Under the pieces are notes generated by a model that was not told the DNA's origin, did not search any database, and was given only the letters and a program-made list of their open reading frames with translations. The position numbers and the translations under genes were made by a program. A DNA stretch of 64,000 bases from Candidatus Eiseniibacteriota bacterium (GTDB taxonomy: Bacteria; Eisenbacteria; RBG-16-71-46): contig CAVZLN010000008.1 in NCBI GenBank assembly GCA_963776245.1, positions 320,001-384,000 on the forward strand, read 5' to 3'. Positions within the stretch are counted from its first letter, which is position 1; each line of letters opens with the position of its first letter. Shown piece by piece: positions 52,857-63,431 of this stretch.

Positions 52857-53567
52857 ATGGACCACGGCACAGAGGGCTATTTCTCCGAACGCGACCGTTT
52901 CCGCCGCCGTCTCGCGGCGACGGTGCTCGCCGTGAGCCTGCTGGTCGCACTGCCCTTCCTGTTGATCGGCCTGCTGCCCCGGGCCCAGCGGGAACGCGTC
53001 AAGGCGTTCCTCGACCGCGCGCCGGTGCACTTCGGCTTCGAGGGAGCGGAGAAGTACGTCGAGCGCATGAACCTCGACCTCCTCGAGACCAGCGAGCTCG
53101 GCATCCAGCACCCGCGCGCGGTCGCGCCCGTCATCATCCCCGAGGCGCACCGCGGCGGCGGCGAGCCGGCCACCGCGCGTCCCGACGCGAAGGAATTCAA
53201 GCAGGTGGTGCGCGAGCTGCCGGCCGGCGAGGGCTCGTCCGAGGCGGACATCATGGCGCGCGCGCTGCGCCGCGCGGGCAGCACGCCGGTGTTCCGATCC
53301 GAGCAGTTGGTGATCGAGACCCTGGTGAAGCCCGAGTATCCGGAGGAGGCGAAGGCGCTGGGGATCGAGGGCCTGGTCGCGGTCATGGCGCTGATCGACA
53401 CGCTCGGCCAGGTGGCCCGCGTGGAACTCGTGACCGGCAAGGCGGGCGGCGTCCTCGAGCGCGCCGCCGAGGAGGCCGTCCGCCGGGCGCGCTTCCGCCC
53501 CTACCGGCCCGCCGGCACGACCCTCGAGGTGTACGCGGTGTTCCGGTTCTCGTTCCGCCTCTACTGA
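52857..53567 (+). CDS. Energy transducer TonB family protein
   Basis: N-terminal TM; KPEYPEEAKALGIEGLV...IDTLGQV...AAEEAVRRARFRP. Confidence 0.85.
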   Translation: MDHGTEGYFSERDRFRRRLAATVLAVSLLVALPFLLIGLLPRAQRERVKAFLDRAPVHFGFEGAEKYVERMNLDLLETSELGIQHPRAVAPVIIPEAHRGGGEPATARPDAKEFKQVVRELPAGEGSSEADIMARALRRAGSTPVFRSEQLVIETLVKPEYPEEAKALGIEGLVAVMALIDTLGQVARVELVTGKAGGVLERAAEEAVRRARFRPYRPAGTTLEVYAVFRFSFRLY

Positions 53568-54991
53568 ACCGGGACCGCGCGGCCGCGCTGGATCACCGAG
53601 ACCGGGAGCGTGAGTCCGAGCCGCGTGCCATCGAGGAAGCGCCGGGCCGCGCCCGCGGCCTCGGTCGTCACCCGTGACGCCAGCGCCGTGGCGATCTCGG
53701 CCGGCGAGAGCGCGCCGCCCGCGACCGCGTCGGCCAGCAGCGTCCCCGCGATCCAGCCGCGCACCACGAGGCCGCGGTCCGGGTTCACGCCGCGCGCGAG
53801 CAGCACGCTGTCGAGCGCGGCCTGTTCGGCGGCCGGCAGCGTCCAGTCCTCGCCCACCAGCCGCACCCCCTCGAGCAGGCGGCGCGACTCCCCGTGGTAG
53901 CGGTCGGGCGAGAGCGCCTCGCCCCCGCACACGATGACCGAGCCGCGCTGGCGCACCAGCTCCTGGAACAGCGCGTCGCCCTCGCGCGGATCACCGTCCC
54001 ACACCACCACCTCGACCCGGGCGGCGAGCATCGCCTTCACCGGCGCGCGGAGGTCGCGGCTGCCGTCGGGATAGCGCTCGCTCCACGCCACCGTCGCGCC
54101 GAGCGCCTGCGCCGCCGCGAGGAAACCGGGCGCCAGCGTGGCGCCTTCGCGGGCGGTCGAGACCAGCGCCCCGACGCGCTTCGGCCCGGCGCTCAGCAGC
54201 GAACGCGCGAGCGCCGCGCCGCGCTCTCCGCCCGAGGGTCCGATCTGGAGCACGCCCGGTCCCGTCTCCCCCAGCGCCTCGTCGGTCGCCGTGGGGGAGA
54301 TCACCGGCAGGCCGGTGAGTCGCGCGGCGCTCACCAGCGCCAGCGTGGGCACGCTGAGCAACTCGCCGACCACCGCGCCACACCAGGCGTTGGCGGTGTC
54401 GAGCGCCGCCACCAGGCGCGCCGGGGCGCCGGCCGCGGTGGCGAGCACGACCGGCTCGACCGGACGGTCCGTGGAGCCGGCGCGCAGCGCCAGCGCGGCT
54501 TCGAAACCGGCGCGCACCGCGCCGCCGTAGGCCGCGTAGTCGCCCGAGTCCGGCAGCAGCACGGCGGCCCGGAAAGGCGAGGCGTAGGGCCGCACGCCGA
54601 GACCGGCGAGATGCTCCGTGAGCTCGCCCGCGATCTTCTTCGCGCGCTTCGGATCGGCGATCGCGAGGCGCACCCGCAGGCGCAGGCGCAGGTCGGCGCG
54701 GTTCGCGGTCGCGCGGCCGAGCGCGGCGGAGAGCAGCGGCGCCTCGGCGGCGCCGAGCTCCTCCGGCGCGCGCCGCAGCACGTAGACCAGGTCCGCGAGC
54801 CCCGCGCTCCTCGCCCACGCCGTCAGCGCGCGGTCGCGCGCCGGCCCGGGCGCCTGCGCCGCGAGCGCGTCCGCGGCGCGCACGTCGCCGGGCACCTCCC
54901 CGGCGGCGCGCGCCGCGCCGGGGGCGGCGCCCGCGCACGCGAGCGCCAGCGCGGCCAGCAGGGACGGGACGAGACGCGGGGGGCGGGTCAT
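53561..54991 (-). CDS. Periplasmic binding-protein type-1 fold protein (LppC/LpoA-like)
   Basis: Signal peptide; AAVLLPDSGDYAAYGGAVRAGF, VVGELLS, PVISPTA. Confidence 0.7.
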   Translation of the reverse strand: MTRPPRLVPSLLAALALACAGAAPGAARAAGEVPGDVRAADALAAQAPGPARDRALTAWARSAGLADLVYVLRRAPEELGAAEAPLLSAALGRATANRADLRLRLRVRLAIADPKRAKKIAGELTEHLAGLGVRPYASPFRAAVLLPDSGDYAAYGGAVRAGFEAALALRAGSTDRPVEPVVLATAAGAPARLVAALDTANAWCGAVVGELLSVPTLALVSAARLTGLPVISPTATDEALGETGPGVLQIGPSGGERGAALARSLLSAGPKRVGALVSTAREGATLAPGFLAAAQALGATVAWSERYPDGSRDLRAPVKAMLAARVEVVVWDGDPREGDALFQELVRQRGSVIVCGGEALSPDRYHGESRRLLEGVRLVGEDWTLPAAEQAALDSVLLARGVNPDRGLVVRGWIAGTLLADAVAGGALSPAEIATALASRVTTEAAGAARRFLDGTRLGLTLPVSVIQRGRAVPVQ

Positions 54992-54993
54992 CG

Positions 54994-55512
54994 TCAGAGG
55001 TTGAACTTCCCGAAGTCCTCGGGATTCAGGCGCTCGATGAAGCGCCGCAGATCCTCGGCCTTCTCCTCGCCCGTCTTCTCCTGCGGCGCGTCCGCCGGCT
55101 CGGACTCCGCGGCCTCGGCCGGCGGAGGCTGGAGCAGCTCCTCGTTGACGAAGATCGGTGCCGCGGCCCGCAGCGCGACGGCGATCGAGTCCGAGGGGCG
55201 GGCGTCGATCGACAGGTGCTCGCTCTCGCGCTCGATGAAGACGTTCGCGAAGAAGGTGTTCTCCCGCAGGTCGGCGATCACCACGCGCGTCACCCGCGCG
55301 TGCAGGCCCTCGACCACGAGCTGGATGAGGTCGTGGGTGAGCGGTCGCGGGAACGGCTCGTCGCTCACCAGCCGGCGGATGGCCGCGGCCTCGCCGGGCC
55401 CGATCCAGATGGGCAGCATGCGCGTGCCGTCCAGCTCGCGCAGCACGACGATGTTCTGCTGGGTCTTGGGCTCGAGGATGAGCCCGTGGACCCGGACCTC
55501 GACGAGGTTCAC
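54994..55512 (-). CDS. Bifunctional nuclease family protein (DUF151)
   Basis: LPIWIGPGEA, PRPLTHDL, IDARPSDSIAVA. Confidence 0.92.
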   Translation of the reverse strand: MNLVEVRVHGLILEPKTQQNIVVLRELDGTRMLPIWIGPGEAAAIRRLVSDEPFPRPLTHDLIQLVVEGLHARVTRVVIADLRENTFFANVFIERESEHLSIDARPSDSIAVALRAAAPIFVNEELLQPPPAEAAESEPADAPQEKTGEEKAEDLRRFIERLNPEDFGKFNL

Positions 55513-56804
55513 GGCTTCTTCTCGACCCCCTTGCCCGCGGCGTGCGACCCGCCCGCCCGGGTGGTGTCGGCGGCCGGCATGGGGCGCACGCCGTCCGCGT
55601 CGAGCTGGAGCATCGGGGGGGCATCGTCGGAGCGCATGTGCTCGAGCATCCACTTCGCCGAGGCGGCCAGCTCCGACTTCGGATAGCGCGCCAGCAGCGC
55701 GCGGAACGCGCGGTCGGCCTCGTCGTAGTTCTTGAGCTCCTCCGAATGGATGAAGCCGATCATGAACTGCGACTGCGGGGCGACCTCGGCGTCGGGGTAC
55801 TGGTCGAGCAGCTGCTGGTAGAGCACGATGCGGTCGGGGGCGGGACCGGTCTCCTGCGCCTCCTTGAACAGCTCGCGCGCCGTCTTCCGGGCCGACATGA
55901 ACTCCCGGATCGCGGCGGAGTCCGGGGTCACGCCCAGGTCCCGGCGCGCCTGGTCGAGCAGGCGCCGGTAGAACTCCTGCGAGCTCTGGCCCGCCAGCTG
56001 ACGCTGGATGAGCGGACGCACCTGATCGAACGCGCGCACGCTCTCCTCCTTGCGCGCGTCCAGCTTGAGCAGGTGCCAGCCGCGCGCGGTGTGGATCGGC
56101 CCGCTCACCGCGCCTTCGCGCATCGCGAACGCCGACTCCGCCAGCGCGGGCTGCGAGCCCAGCGGGCCGAACATCCCGTCGCGCGTCACGGTGCCGACCA
56201 GTCCGCCGCTCGCGCGCGTCAGCGTGTCGGCGCTGGACTTCCGGGCGATCGCCGCGAAGTCCGCGCCCCTGGCCCGCGCCTGCGCGAGCAGGCGCTTCGC
56301 GTCGGCCTCGGTCTTCGCGAGCAGGTGCCGCACGGTCACGGTGCCGGGCACCCGGTACTCGCTCAGGTGCGTGTCGTAGTACCCCCGCACCTCGGAGTCG
56401 GACGGGGCGGGATTGGCCGCCATCGCCTCCGACAGGTAGGTGCGGATGAGCAGGTCGCGACGCTGCTGCTCGAGCTGCTGCTGCACCGCCGGCCGACCCG
56501 GCACTCCGGCCCGCGCCGCCATCATCAGCCACACCCGCTCCTCCAGCAGCCGTTCGAGCAGCTGCTGGCGGCCCTCGGGCGCGGCGTACTGCGCCCGCAT
56601 CGACTCGGGGATCTCCCCGAGCCGCTGCTGCACCGTCGCGCGCGTGATCGACTCGTCGCCGATGCGCACCAGCACGGCCGAGGTCTCGGCCGGGGCACCC
56701 CCCCGGGCGGCGCGCTTGGCGGCCGGTGCCCGCGCGGCCGCCACCGGCAGCGCGGCCAGCATCACCAGGCAGCCGCCGAACAGGAGGCCGCGCGCGCGCG
56801 TCAT
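55509..56804 (-). CDS. PpiC-type peptidyl-prolyl isomerase with a C-terminal TPR-like region
   Basis: Signal peptide; VRHLL, FAAIARKSS, SGG, VSGPIHTARGWHLLKL; LLDQYPD...LLARYPKS. Confidence 0.88.
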   Translation of the reverse strand: MTRARGLLFGGCLVMLAALPVAAARAPAAKRAARGGAPAETSAVLVRIGDESITRATVQQRLGEIPESMRAQYAAPEGRQQLLERLLEERVWLMMAARAGVPGRPAVQQQLEQQRRDLLIRTYLSEAMAANPAPSDSEVRGYYDTHLSEYRVPGTVTVRHLLAKTEADAKRLLAQARARGADFAAIARKSSADTLTRASGGLVGTVTRDGMFGPLGSQPALAESAFAMREGAVSGPIHTARGWHLLKLDARKEESVRAFDQVRPLIQRQLAGQSSQEFYRRLLDQARRDLGVTPDSAAIREFMSARKTARELFKEAQETGPAPDRIVLYQQLLDQYPDAEVAPQSQFMIGFIHSEELKNYDEADRAFRALLARYPKSELAASAKWMLEHMRSDDAPPMLQLDADGVRPMPAADTTRAGGSHAAGKGVEKKP

Positions 56805-57244
56805 GGCCGCACCACCCAGACCTTCACCGTCGCGGTGACCCCGCCATAGAGCTTGATGGCCACGTCGTAGCGCCCCAGCTGCTTGATGTGCTCGGGCATC
56901 TCGATCCGCCGCTGGTCGACCTCGTGCCCCGCCCGCGCCAGCGCCTCGGCGATGTCGGCGTTCGTGATCGAGCCGAACAGCGTGTCGTCCTCGTTCGCCT
57001 GCGCCGGGATGTTGACCTCCGCGCCCTCGATGCGGGCCGCCTCGGCGCGCGCGGCGGCGACCAGCTTGTCCTCCTTCACCTCGCGCTGGCGGAGCAGCTC
57101 CTTGAGGAGATTGCCGGCCTTCGAGCCGGCCGGGATGGCGAGCTTGCGGGGCAGCAGGAAGTTGCGGGCATAGCCGGGCTTCACGTTGACGGTGATGCCC
57201 TTCTCTCCCACACCCTTCAGATCTTCGAGCAGGATGACTTCCAT
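56801..57244 (-). CDS. rplI: 50S ribosomal protein L9
   Basis: MEVILLEDL, VKPGYARNFLLP, LFGSIT, IKQLG. Confidence 0.97.
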   Translation of the reverse strand: MEVILLEDLKGVGEKGITVNVKPGYARNFLLPRKLAIPAGSKAGNLLKELLRQREVKEDKLVAAARAEAARIEGAEVNIPAQANEDDTLFGSITNADIAEALARAGHEVDQRRIEMPEHIKQLGRYDVAIKLYGGVTATVKVWVVRP

Positions 57245-57253
57245 CGGTTCTCC

Positions 57254-58240
57254 CTAGGGGTTTCCACCGTCGACGGTGGGTTCGAGGCGGCGATGATCGA
57301 GCCAGGCGTCGCTCAGGCCGAGCGCGACGGCGGTCATCACGAACACCGGCATGGCCACGGCGAGCACGAACAGCATCGTCAGGGCGATCACGGCGGTCGG
57401 CACCCCGCGCGACAGCAGCAGGGAAGATACCACCGCGATCCCTTGCACTCCGAAACCGAGACCCGCGCTGAGCAACAGCGTCCAGCCGCTCGGCGCGGCG
57501 GGCGCCCACGCGATGACGAGCACCGCGAGCCCGGCGAGGAACGTCCACAGCACACCATCCGGGACCCGCCACTGGGTGAGCGGGGTGCGCGTCATCGGCG
57601 GCCACCGCAGCACCCGCGCGGCGCGCGACGCGAACGTGCGCCCCGCGCCCACCAGCAGCGCCACCCAGGCGAACAGCGCGGTGGGCACCAGGAACGGCAC
57701 CACCACCTCGCGGTACACCCGCGACAGCGTCTGCATCCCGGCCATCGCGTCGCGGATCTGGCGCGCGTCGTAATGGCGCGGCGCCTCGGCCTCGAACCAG
57801 CGCTGGAACTCCAGCCACGAGGCGTCGAGGCCGGAGCGCATCGCCCCGTAGCCCGGCAGCCAGGGCAGCGCCACCGCCAGCGCCAGCACCGGCGCCAGGA
57901 ACCACGCGCGGTCGCCCGCGCCGGCTCGCCCGCCCTCCTCGCGCAGCCCGGTCCACGCCCCCGAGAGCGCCGCGGCGGGGATCCACCACGCCCACAGCGC
58001 CCCCGGCACGCCGGTCGCCAGCGCGCCCGCCGCCGCCACGGCCGGGACCACCAGCCCCCAGCGGCCGAAGCGCCACGCCAGCAGCATGGCGAGCGCGGTC
58101 AGCACCGGTGCCGCGAGCCACACCACGGCCCACGGACCCGGCGCCTCGGCCGCCATCACGCCGAGCAGCGCCGCGACCAGAAACGCCCGCGCCCACGTGG
58201 GGCCGCGCGCGACCCGGGCCGTGTCAGCGATAGAGGTCAC
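57254..58240 (-). CDS. YybS/DUF2232 family membrane protein
   Basis: Multi-[24 protein letters not shown]; lies between rpsR and rplI. Confidence 0.8.
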   Translation of the reverse strand: MTSIADTARVARGPTWARAFLVAALLGVMAAEAPGPWAVVWLAAPVLTALAMLLAWRFGRWGLVVPAVAAAGALATGVPGALWAWWIPAAALSGAWTGLREEGGRAGAGDRAWFLAPVLALAVALPWLPGYGAMRSGLDASWLEFQRWFEAEAPRHYDARQIRDAMAGMQTLSRVYREVVVPFLVPTALFAWVALLVGAGRTFASRAARVLRWPPMTRTPLTQWRVPDGVLWTFLAGLAVLVIAWAPAAPSGWTLLLSAGLGFGVQGIAVVSSLLLSRGVPTAVIALTMLFVLAVAMPVFVMTAVALGLSDAWLDHRRLEPTVDGGNP

Positions 58241-58466
58241 TGGTGAACGGCAGCAGCGCCAGCACCCGCGCCCGCTTGATCGCGGTCGTCAGCTGCTTCT
58301 GATGGCGCGCGCACGTGCCCGACACCCGTCGCGGGACGATCTTGCCGCGGTCGGTGATGAACCGGCCGAGACGCTTCTCGTCCTTGTAGTCCACGAACCC
58401 GACCTTCTCCAGACACAGCTTGCAGTACTTGCGCTTGATGCTCTTGCCTTCGCGTTCCTTGGCCAT
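58224..58466 (-). CDS. rpsR: 30S ribosomal protein S18
   Basis: [32 protein letters not shown]. Confidence 0.97.
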   Translation of the reverse strand: MAKEREGKSIKRKYCKLCLEKVGFVDYKDEKRLGRFITDRGKIVPRRVSGTCARHQKQLTTAIKRARVLALLPFTSDLYR

Positions 58467-58496
58467 CGCTCTCCTTCTCACCTCCGTCGACGGGGC

Positions 58497-58896
58497 CTAG
58501 GCCCTGTCCGATCCCGGCGGCGGCGCGCTCTCCGGCGCCTCGCCGCCCTCCGGCCAATCCATGAAGTGGACCAGGTCGGCCCGCACTTCGAGTCGCGAGC
58601 GCTTCTCGCCACCCGGGGCCGTCCACTCCCGCATCTGCATCCGTCCTTCCACCAGCACCGCGCTCCCCTTGTGGAGATGCGCGGCGCACACCTCGGCGAG
58701 GCGCTGGACCGTCACCACCGGCGTGAACCCGGTCTGCTCGGCGATCTTCCCATCCTTCGCCTCGCCAGCGGCGATGGAAGGCGATGGTGAAGGTCGTGAC
58801 CGGGGTGCCGTCGGTCGCATAGCGCTTGTCGGGATCGCGCGTGAGCCGCCCGCCCAGTTGCACCCGGTTGATCTCGGGGAGCCTGAATCCGGACAT
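58497..58896 (-). CDS. ssb: Single-stranded DNA-binding protein (frameshift near 58765)
   Basis: INRVQLGGRLTRDP, LAEVCAAHLHKGSAVLVEGRMQ; lies between rpsF and rpsR. Confidence 0.92.
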
Positions 58897-58924
58897 TTCC
58901 CCTCCGCTCGCGACCCCCGCCGCG

Positions 58925-59278
58925 CTACTCGTCCCCGGCGTCCTCGCTGGCAGCCACCAGTTCCGGGTCGGCCTGCGGTTGCGTGAGCTCCGGCGGAACA
59001 TGCAGCACGGTGAGGACGCGCATGACCTGCTCGTCGAGCTTCATGCGGCGCTCGACCTCCCTCACCACCGGCCCCGGCCCCTGGTAGAGGAGCAGCGTGT
59101 AGATGCCGTCGCGGCGGCGATTGATCTCGTAGGCGAGACGCCGCTTGCCCCAGCGCTGCACCTCGAGCACCTCGCCGCCCAGATCCTTGATCCAGCCGGT
59201 GACGCGCTCGATCTCCTCGTTGACCTTCCCCTCGTCGAGGCCGGGCTCGAGGATGAACGTGGTCTCGTACTTGTTCAC
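58925..59278 (-). CDS. rpsF: 30S ribosomal protein S6
   Basis: KYETTFIL, WGKRRLAYEI, GIY, VMR. Confidence 0.96.
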   Translation of the reverse strand: MNKYETTFILEPGLDEGKVNEEIERVTGWIKDLGGEVLEVQRWGKRRLAYEINRRRDGIYTLLLYQGPGPVVREVERRMKLDEQVMRVLTVLHVPPELTQPQADPELVAASEDAGDE

Positions 59279-59863
59279 GGTTCGGATTCCTCCTGACGGA
59301 CCCTGCGATTGAATCGATTCATGGCGGCGAGGATGCCCTGCTCCAGCCAGCACTCCACCGCGTCGGCGGCGAGCCCCGCGGCGCTTCTCCGCGGCCGCCC
59401 GCCCTGTGTCGTCGAACTCGTCCAGCACGTGTTCCCGCAGCCCCTCGCCACCCTCGGCCGCGCCGACCCCGATGCGGAGCCGCGCGTAGCCCTCACCGCC
59501 GAGCGCCTCCGAGATGCTCTCGAGGCCGCGGTGCCCTCCCGACGAGCCCCGGGTGCGCAAGCGCAGGACACCCAGCGGCAGATACACGTCGTCGGCGATC
59601 ACGAGGGACTCCTGTCCCTCCAGCGGATGACGCTCGCTCCATGCGAGCAGCGCCGTCCCGCTGGCGTTCATGTACGTCAGCGGCGCGACCAGATGCACGT
59701 CGCGTCCGCCCACGGCGGCGATGCGGCTGCGGTATTCGGGCGTCGTCTCTCCCGGGCCCGCCCGCCAGCGCGCAGCCAGCAGGTCGAGGACCCACCAGCC
59801 CACGTTGTGACGGGTCCGCGCGTACCGCGCACCGGGATTGCCCAGCCCGAGGACCAGCGGCAC
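59275..59863 (-). CDS. pth: Peptidyl-tRNA hydrolase (frameshift near 59390)
   Basis: GLGNPG..Y..TRHNVG, TYMNASG, GSSGGHRG, RLRIGVG, AMNRFN. Confidence 0.94.
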
Positions 59864-59869
59864 GGCCGC

Positions 59870-60563
59870 CTACTTCTTCTCGCCCTTCTCGGCCTTCTTC
59901 TCGCTCTTCTCGTCCTCGCCGGCCTCCTCCTTCTTGCCCTTGGCGATGACCTCCGGCTCGGTGGTCTCGGCGACGGCCGCGACCTCTTCCGCCGGCTTCT
60001 CCTCGGCGACCGTCGGCGGCACCACGGTCGCGATCGTCGCGTCCGGGTCCGTCAGGATCTCGATGTCCGCGACGCTCAGATCGCGCACGTGCACCGAGTC
60101 GCCGATGTTCAGCGCCGCCACGTCCACGTCGATCGACGCCGGGATCGCGGTCGGCAGACAGCGCACCTCCACCGTGCGGAGGATGTGCTCGACGATGCCG
60201 CCGGCGTCCTTCACGCCCACCGGCAGGCCGACGAGGTGCACCGCGACCTCGACCTCGATGCTCTCGGTGAGCGAGATGTGCTGGAAGTCGAGGTGCACGA
60301 GCTTGCGCGAGAGCGGGTCGTACTGCGCGTCGCGCACCAGCACCGTGTACTCGCCGCCGTCCACCTTCAGGCTGACGAGCGGGTTGCCGCCCTTGTGCTT
60401 CAGCATCGCGAGCTGGAACTCGCGCGCGCCGACGCGGACCGGGATCGGCGTCTCACCGTGTCCGTACACGATCGCCGGGGATGTCACCGGCCGCCCGCGC
60501 CTTGCGCGCGCCGCCCTTGCCGAGGGCCGTGCGCCGCTGGGCGGTCAACGAGATGACCGACAT
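59870..60563 (-). CDS. rplY: 50S ribosomal protein L25/Ctc (frameshift near 60488)
   Basis: [52 protein letters not shown]. Confidence 0.95.
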
Positions 60564-60635
60564 GCGTGCTCCTCCTTAAGATGGGTCGTCGCCGCGGTGC
60601 GGCCCCGTCTCGGGGCGCCGCTTCCGCGTGCTTCC

Positions 60636-61585
60636 CTAGATGAACAACGAACTGAGCGAGCGCTCCTCGTGGATGCGCTGGACCGCTTCGCCCAGCAGGC
60701 CCGCGACCGACAGCTCGGTGACGTTCGCGGGCAATGGCGCGCCTTCGTGGCTCACCGTGTCGGTGATGACGAGCTCGCGGATCGGCGACTGGCCGATGCG
60801 CTCGAGCGCGCCGTGGCTGAACACCCCGTGCGTCACGCCGGCCGAGACCGAACGGGCGCCGTTCTTCACGATCACTTCCGCGGCCTGGCAGAGCGTGCGC
60901 GCGGTGGTGACGACGTCGTCGAACAGCACCACGTTGCTGGCCCTCGACCTCGCCGATCAGGTTCATGACCTCGACCGAGTCCGGGCGCGGGCGGCGCTTG
61001 TCCACCAGCCCCAGCTCCGCGCCGAGACGCTTGGCGTAGGCGCGCGCCATCTTCACGCTGCCGATGTCCGGCGCGACCACCATCAGATCGCTGGTCTGCT
61101 TGCGCTGGAAGTGATCCACCAGCACCGGCGCGGCGTAGAGGTGATCGAACGGGATGTCGAAGAAGCCCTGGATCTGCGCGCTGTGCAGATCCATGGTGAG
61201 CGCGCGGTCCGCGCCCGCCACGGTGATCAGGTTCGCCACCAGCTTGGCCGAGATCGGCGCGCGCGGCTGGTCCTTGCGGTCCTGGCGCGCGTAGCCGAAG
61301 TACGGCAGCACCGCGGTCACCCGCCGCGCCGAGGCGCGCTTGGCCGCGTCGAGCATGACCAGCAGCTCCATGAGGTTGTCCGCCGGGCGCGCCGGTCGCC
61401 TGCACGATGAACACGTCGCCGCCGCGGATGTTCTCGTTGAAGCGCACCGAGACCTCGCCGTCCTCGAAGCGCGACACGTCGCAGTCCCCGAGCGGCGACT
61501 TCAGCCGCTCGCAGATCGCGGCCGCGAGCCCGCGACTGGCGTTCCCCGCGAATACCCGACACGGATCCAAGCGCATCTCCTCCAT
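60636..61585 (-). CDS. prs: Ribose-phosphate pyrophosphokinase (frameshifts near 61390 and 60940)
   Basis: [48 protein letters not shown]. Confidence 0.96.
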
Positions 61586-61724
61586 CGGATGCGGTCACAG
61601 CCGAGCCGCGAACGGACGAGCCGCCACGGCGCGATCGGGTCCGAAAGCGGACACGCACGCGCACGGTCAGGCCGTGCCGCGCGTGCCTCACGCACCGGGG
61701 CCGTCATCCGCCCGACCCGAAAGA

Positions 61725-61799
61725 TGGCTGGGGCGGGAGGATTCGAACCTCCGGATGCGAGATCCAAAGTCTCGTGCCTTACCGCTTGGCCACGCCCCA
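61725..61799 (-). tRNA. tRNA-Gln (anticodon TTG)
   Basis: TGGGGCGTGGCCAAGCGGTAAGGCACGAGACTTTGGATCTCGCATCCGGAGGTTCGAATCCTCCCGCCCCAGCCA folds as a cloverleaf with encoded CCA. Confidence 0.97.
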
Positions 61800-61904
61800 C
61801 CAACAGAACGGGATTTCCGTCACGGTCCGTTCCCCACAGGCAGGGGTCCGGGGTGCAGGTCATTGGCCCGAAGGGATGAAAGGTGTTGCAGAAAAGCGAG
61901 GTGG

Positions 61905-61934
61905 AGACTACCGGGAAGCGCGGCCGGATGTCAA
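61905..61934 (-). promoter_or_regulatory. Putative sigma70 promoter of tRNA-Gln/prs
   Basis: TTGACA-N18-TAGTCT. Confidence 0.65.
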
Positions 61935-62051
61935 TGCTCGACGCCTCCGGGCGGGGTCCGGCGCCCCGGAGGGGGACTCGCGGGGCCGGCGGGCCCGGGA
62001 CGGCCCCCCGCGGCCGGGCGCGGCGCCCCGGTCGCGCGGCGGAGGCCCCGG

Positions 62052-62364
62052 TCAGTCTTCGTGAAGGGCGTTCGCCATCGGGGACGCGGCCACCGTGCCC
62101 GGGGCGCGCTGGAGTTCCTTCTCGTACTCACCCATGACCATCTCGGTCAGGTACTTGCGGGTGATGTCGTTGATCGGGTGGGCCAGGTCCTGGTGCTGGC
62201 CATCGGGGCGCTTGCGGCTCGGCATCGCCACGAACAGCCCCGAGTTCCCGTGGATGATCTTCAGCCCGCGGATGACGAAAGCGTCGTTCGAGCGTGATCG
62301 AGACGAACGCCTTGAGCTTGTCGTCGTTGCGCAGCGAGACCCGCACTTCGGTGATCTGGATCAT
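62052..62364 (-). CDS. spoVG: SpoVG family nucleic-acid-binding protein (frameshift near 62290)
   Basis: ITEVRV...LKAFVSITL, then DAFVIRGLKII.GNSGLFVAMPSRK...DLAHPIN. Confidence 0.92.
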
Positions 62365-62475
62365 CCGATCACCCTGACAGCGGGCCCGCGGGCGCTGTGG
62401 CGCCGCCAGCCCGAAGACCCGGGCAGCGGGCTTCCTTGCGACTTGAGCATGTGGCCTCCTTGCTTCGCGCTCAAG

Positions 62476-63431
62476 CTACGGCAGTGGTCCGAGTCGCAGA
62501 CCTGCGCTTCGAGACCGGACCCCATACAGGGTCTCGTCACCGGAGAAGCGGCCCAGGAAGTCTCTGAACGGAAGTGCCCGGCGCGATCACGCCGAACACC
62601 GCCGACCCACTGCCCGTCATGCGGACCGGATCCGCACCCGCCGCGCGCAACCGCGCGCAGAGCGCGACGAATCCCGCCCGTCGTTCACCCAGCACGTCCT
62701 CGAACGCGTTGCCGAGGCGCACCGCATCATGCGGCGCCACGGCTGCTTGTCGCAGTTCGTCCGCGATTCTTAGTTTGCTGCTCCATAGTGTCAAGGACGA
62801 TTTGCGCACGTCGAGTGCGGCGAATGCCCGCGCGGTCGAGATGCGCCATGCCGGCACGACCACGACGGCCCGGAACGGGCGCGCGAGCCGCAGCCGTTCG
62901 AGCCGCTCGCCGCGGCCGAGCCCCAGCGCGGTGCCGCCGAGCGCGCGAACGGCACGTCGGAGCCCAGCTCGGCCGCCAGCGCGAGCCGCTGCGCGCGCGG
63001 GCGGCGCACGCCGTAGAGCGCATCAGCGCCACCAGGGCCGCCGCCGCGTCGGCGCTGCCGCCTCCCATGCCGGCCTGCGCGCCGGGATGCGCTTGACCAG
63101 CGTGAACCGCGCCCCGCCGATGCGCGCGATCGCGCGCCGCCAGCAGCCGCGCCGCGCGCAGCACCAGGTTGCCGGCCCCCGCCGGCACGCCGGCCGCGCG
63201 CGCGGCGCGCGCGGTGCGCCGCGCAGCGCGGCGTCCTCGTGGCGCACGCGTCAGCGAGAAGCCTGCGCCGCGGCGACCGCGCGACCAGCGTGTCGGCGAG
63301 CGAGATGGACTGGAACACCGTGGCGAGGTCGTGGAAGCCGTCGGGCCGCGGCGGACCGACCGCGAGCCCGAGGTTGAGCTTGGCGCGCGCCTCGACCTCG
63401 ACGCCGCGCCGGCCGCGGCCGCCGGCGTCAT
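62476..63431 (-). CDS. ispE: 4-diphosphocytidyl-2-C-methyl-D-erythritol kinase (several frameshifts)
   Basis: AKLNLGLAV...RPDGFHDL.TVFQSI, AGMGGGSADAAA, LGSDVPF, NAFE, MTGSGSAVFG. Confidence 0.92.

Noticed and set aside
58925..59863. Apparent Pth-RpsF fusion in the ORF track
   Set aside because: It results from an indel near 59390. The true Pth C-terminus (AMNRFN) is in another frame, and rpsF has its own SD and GTG.
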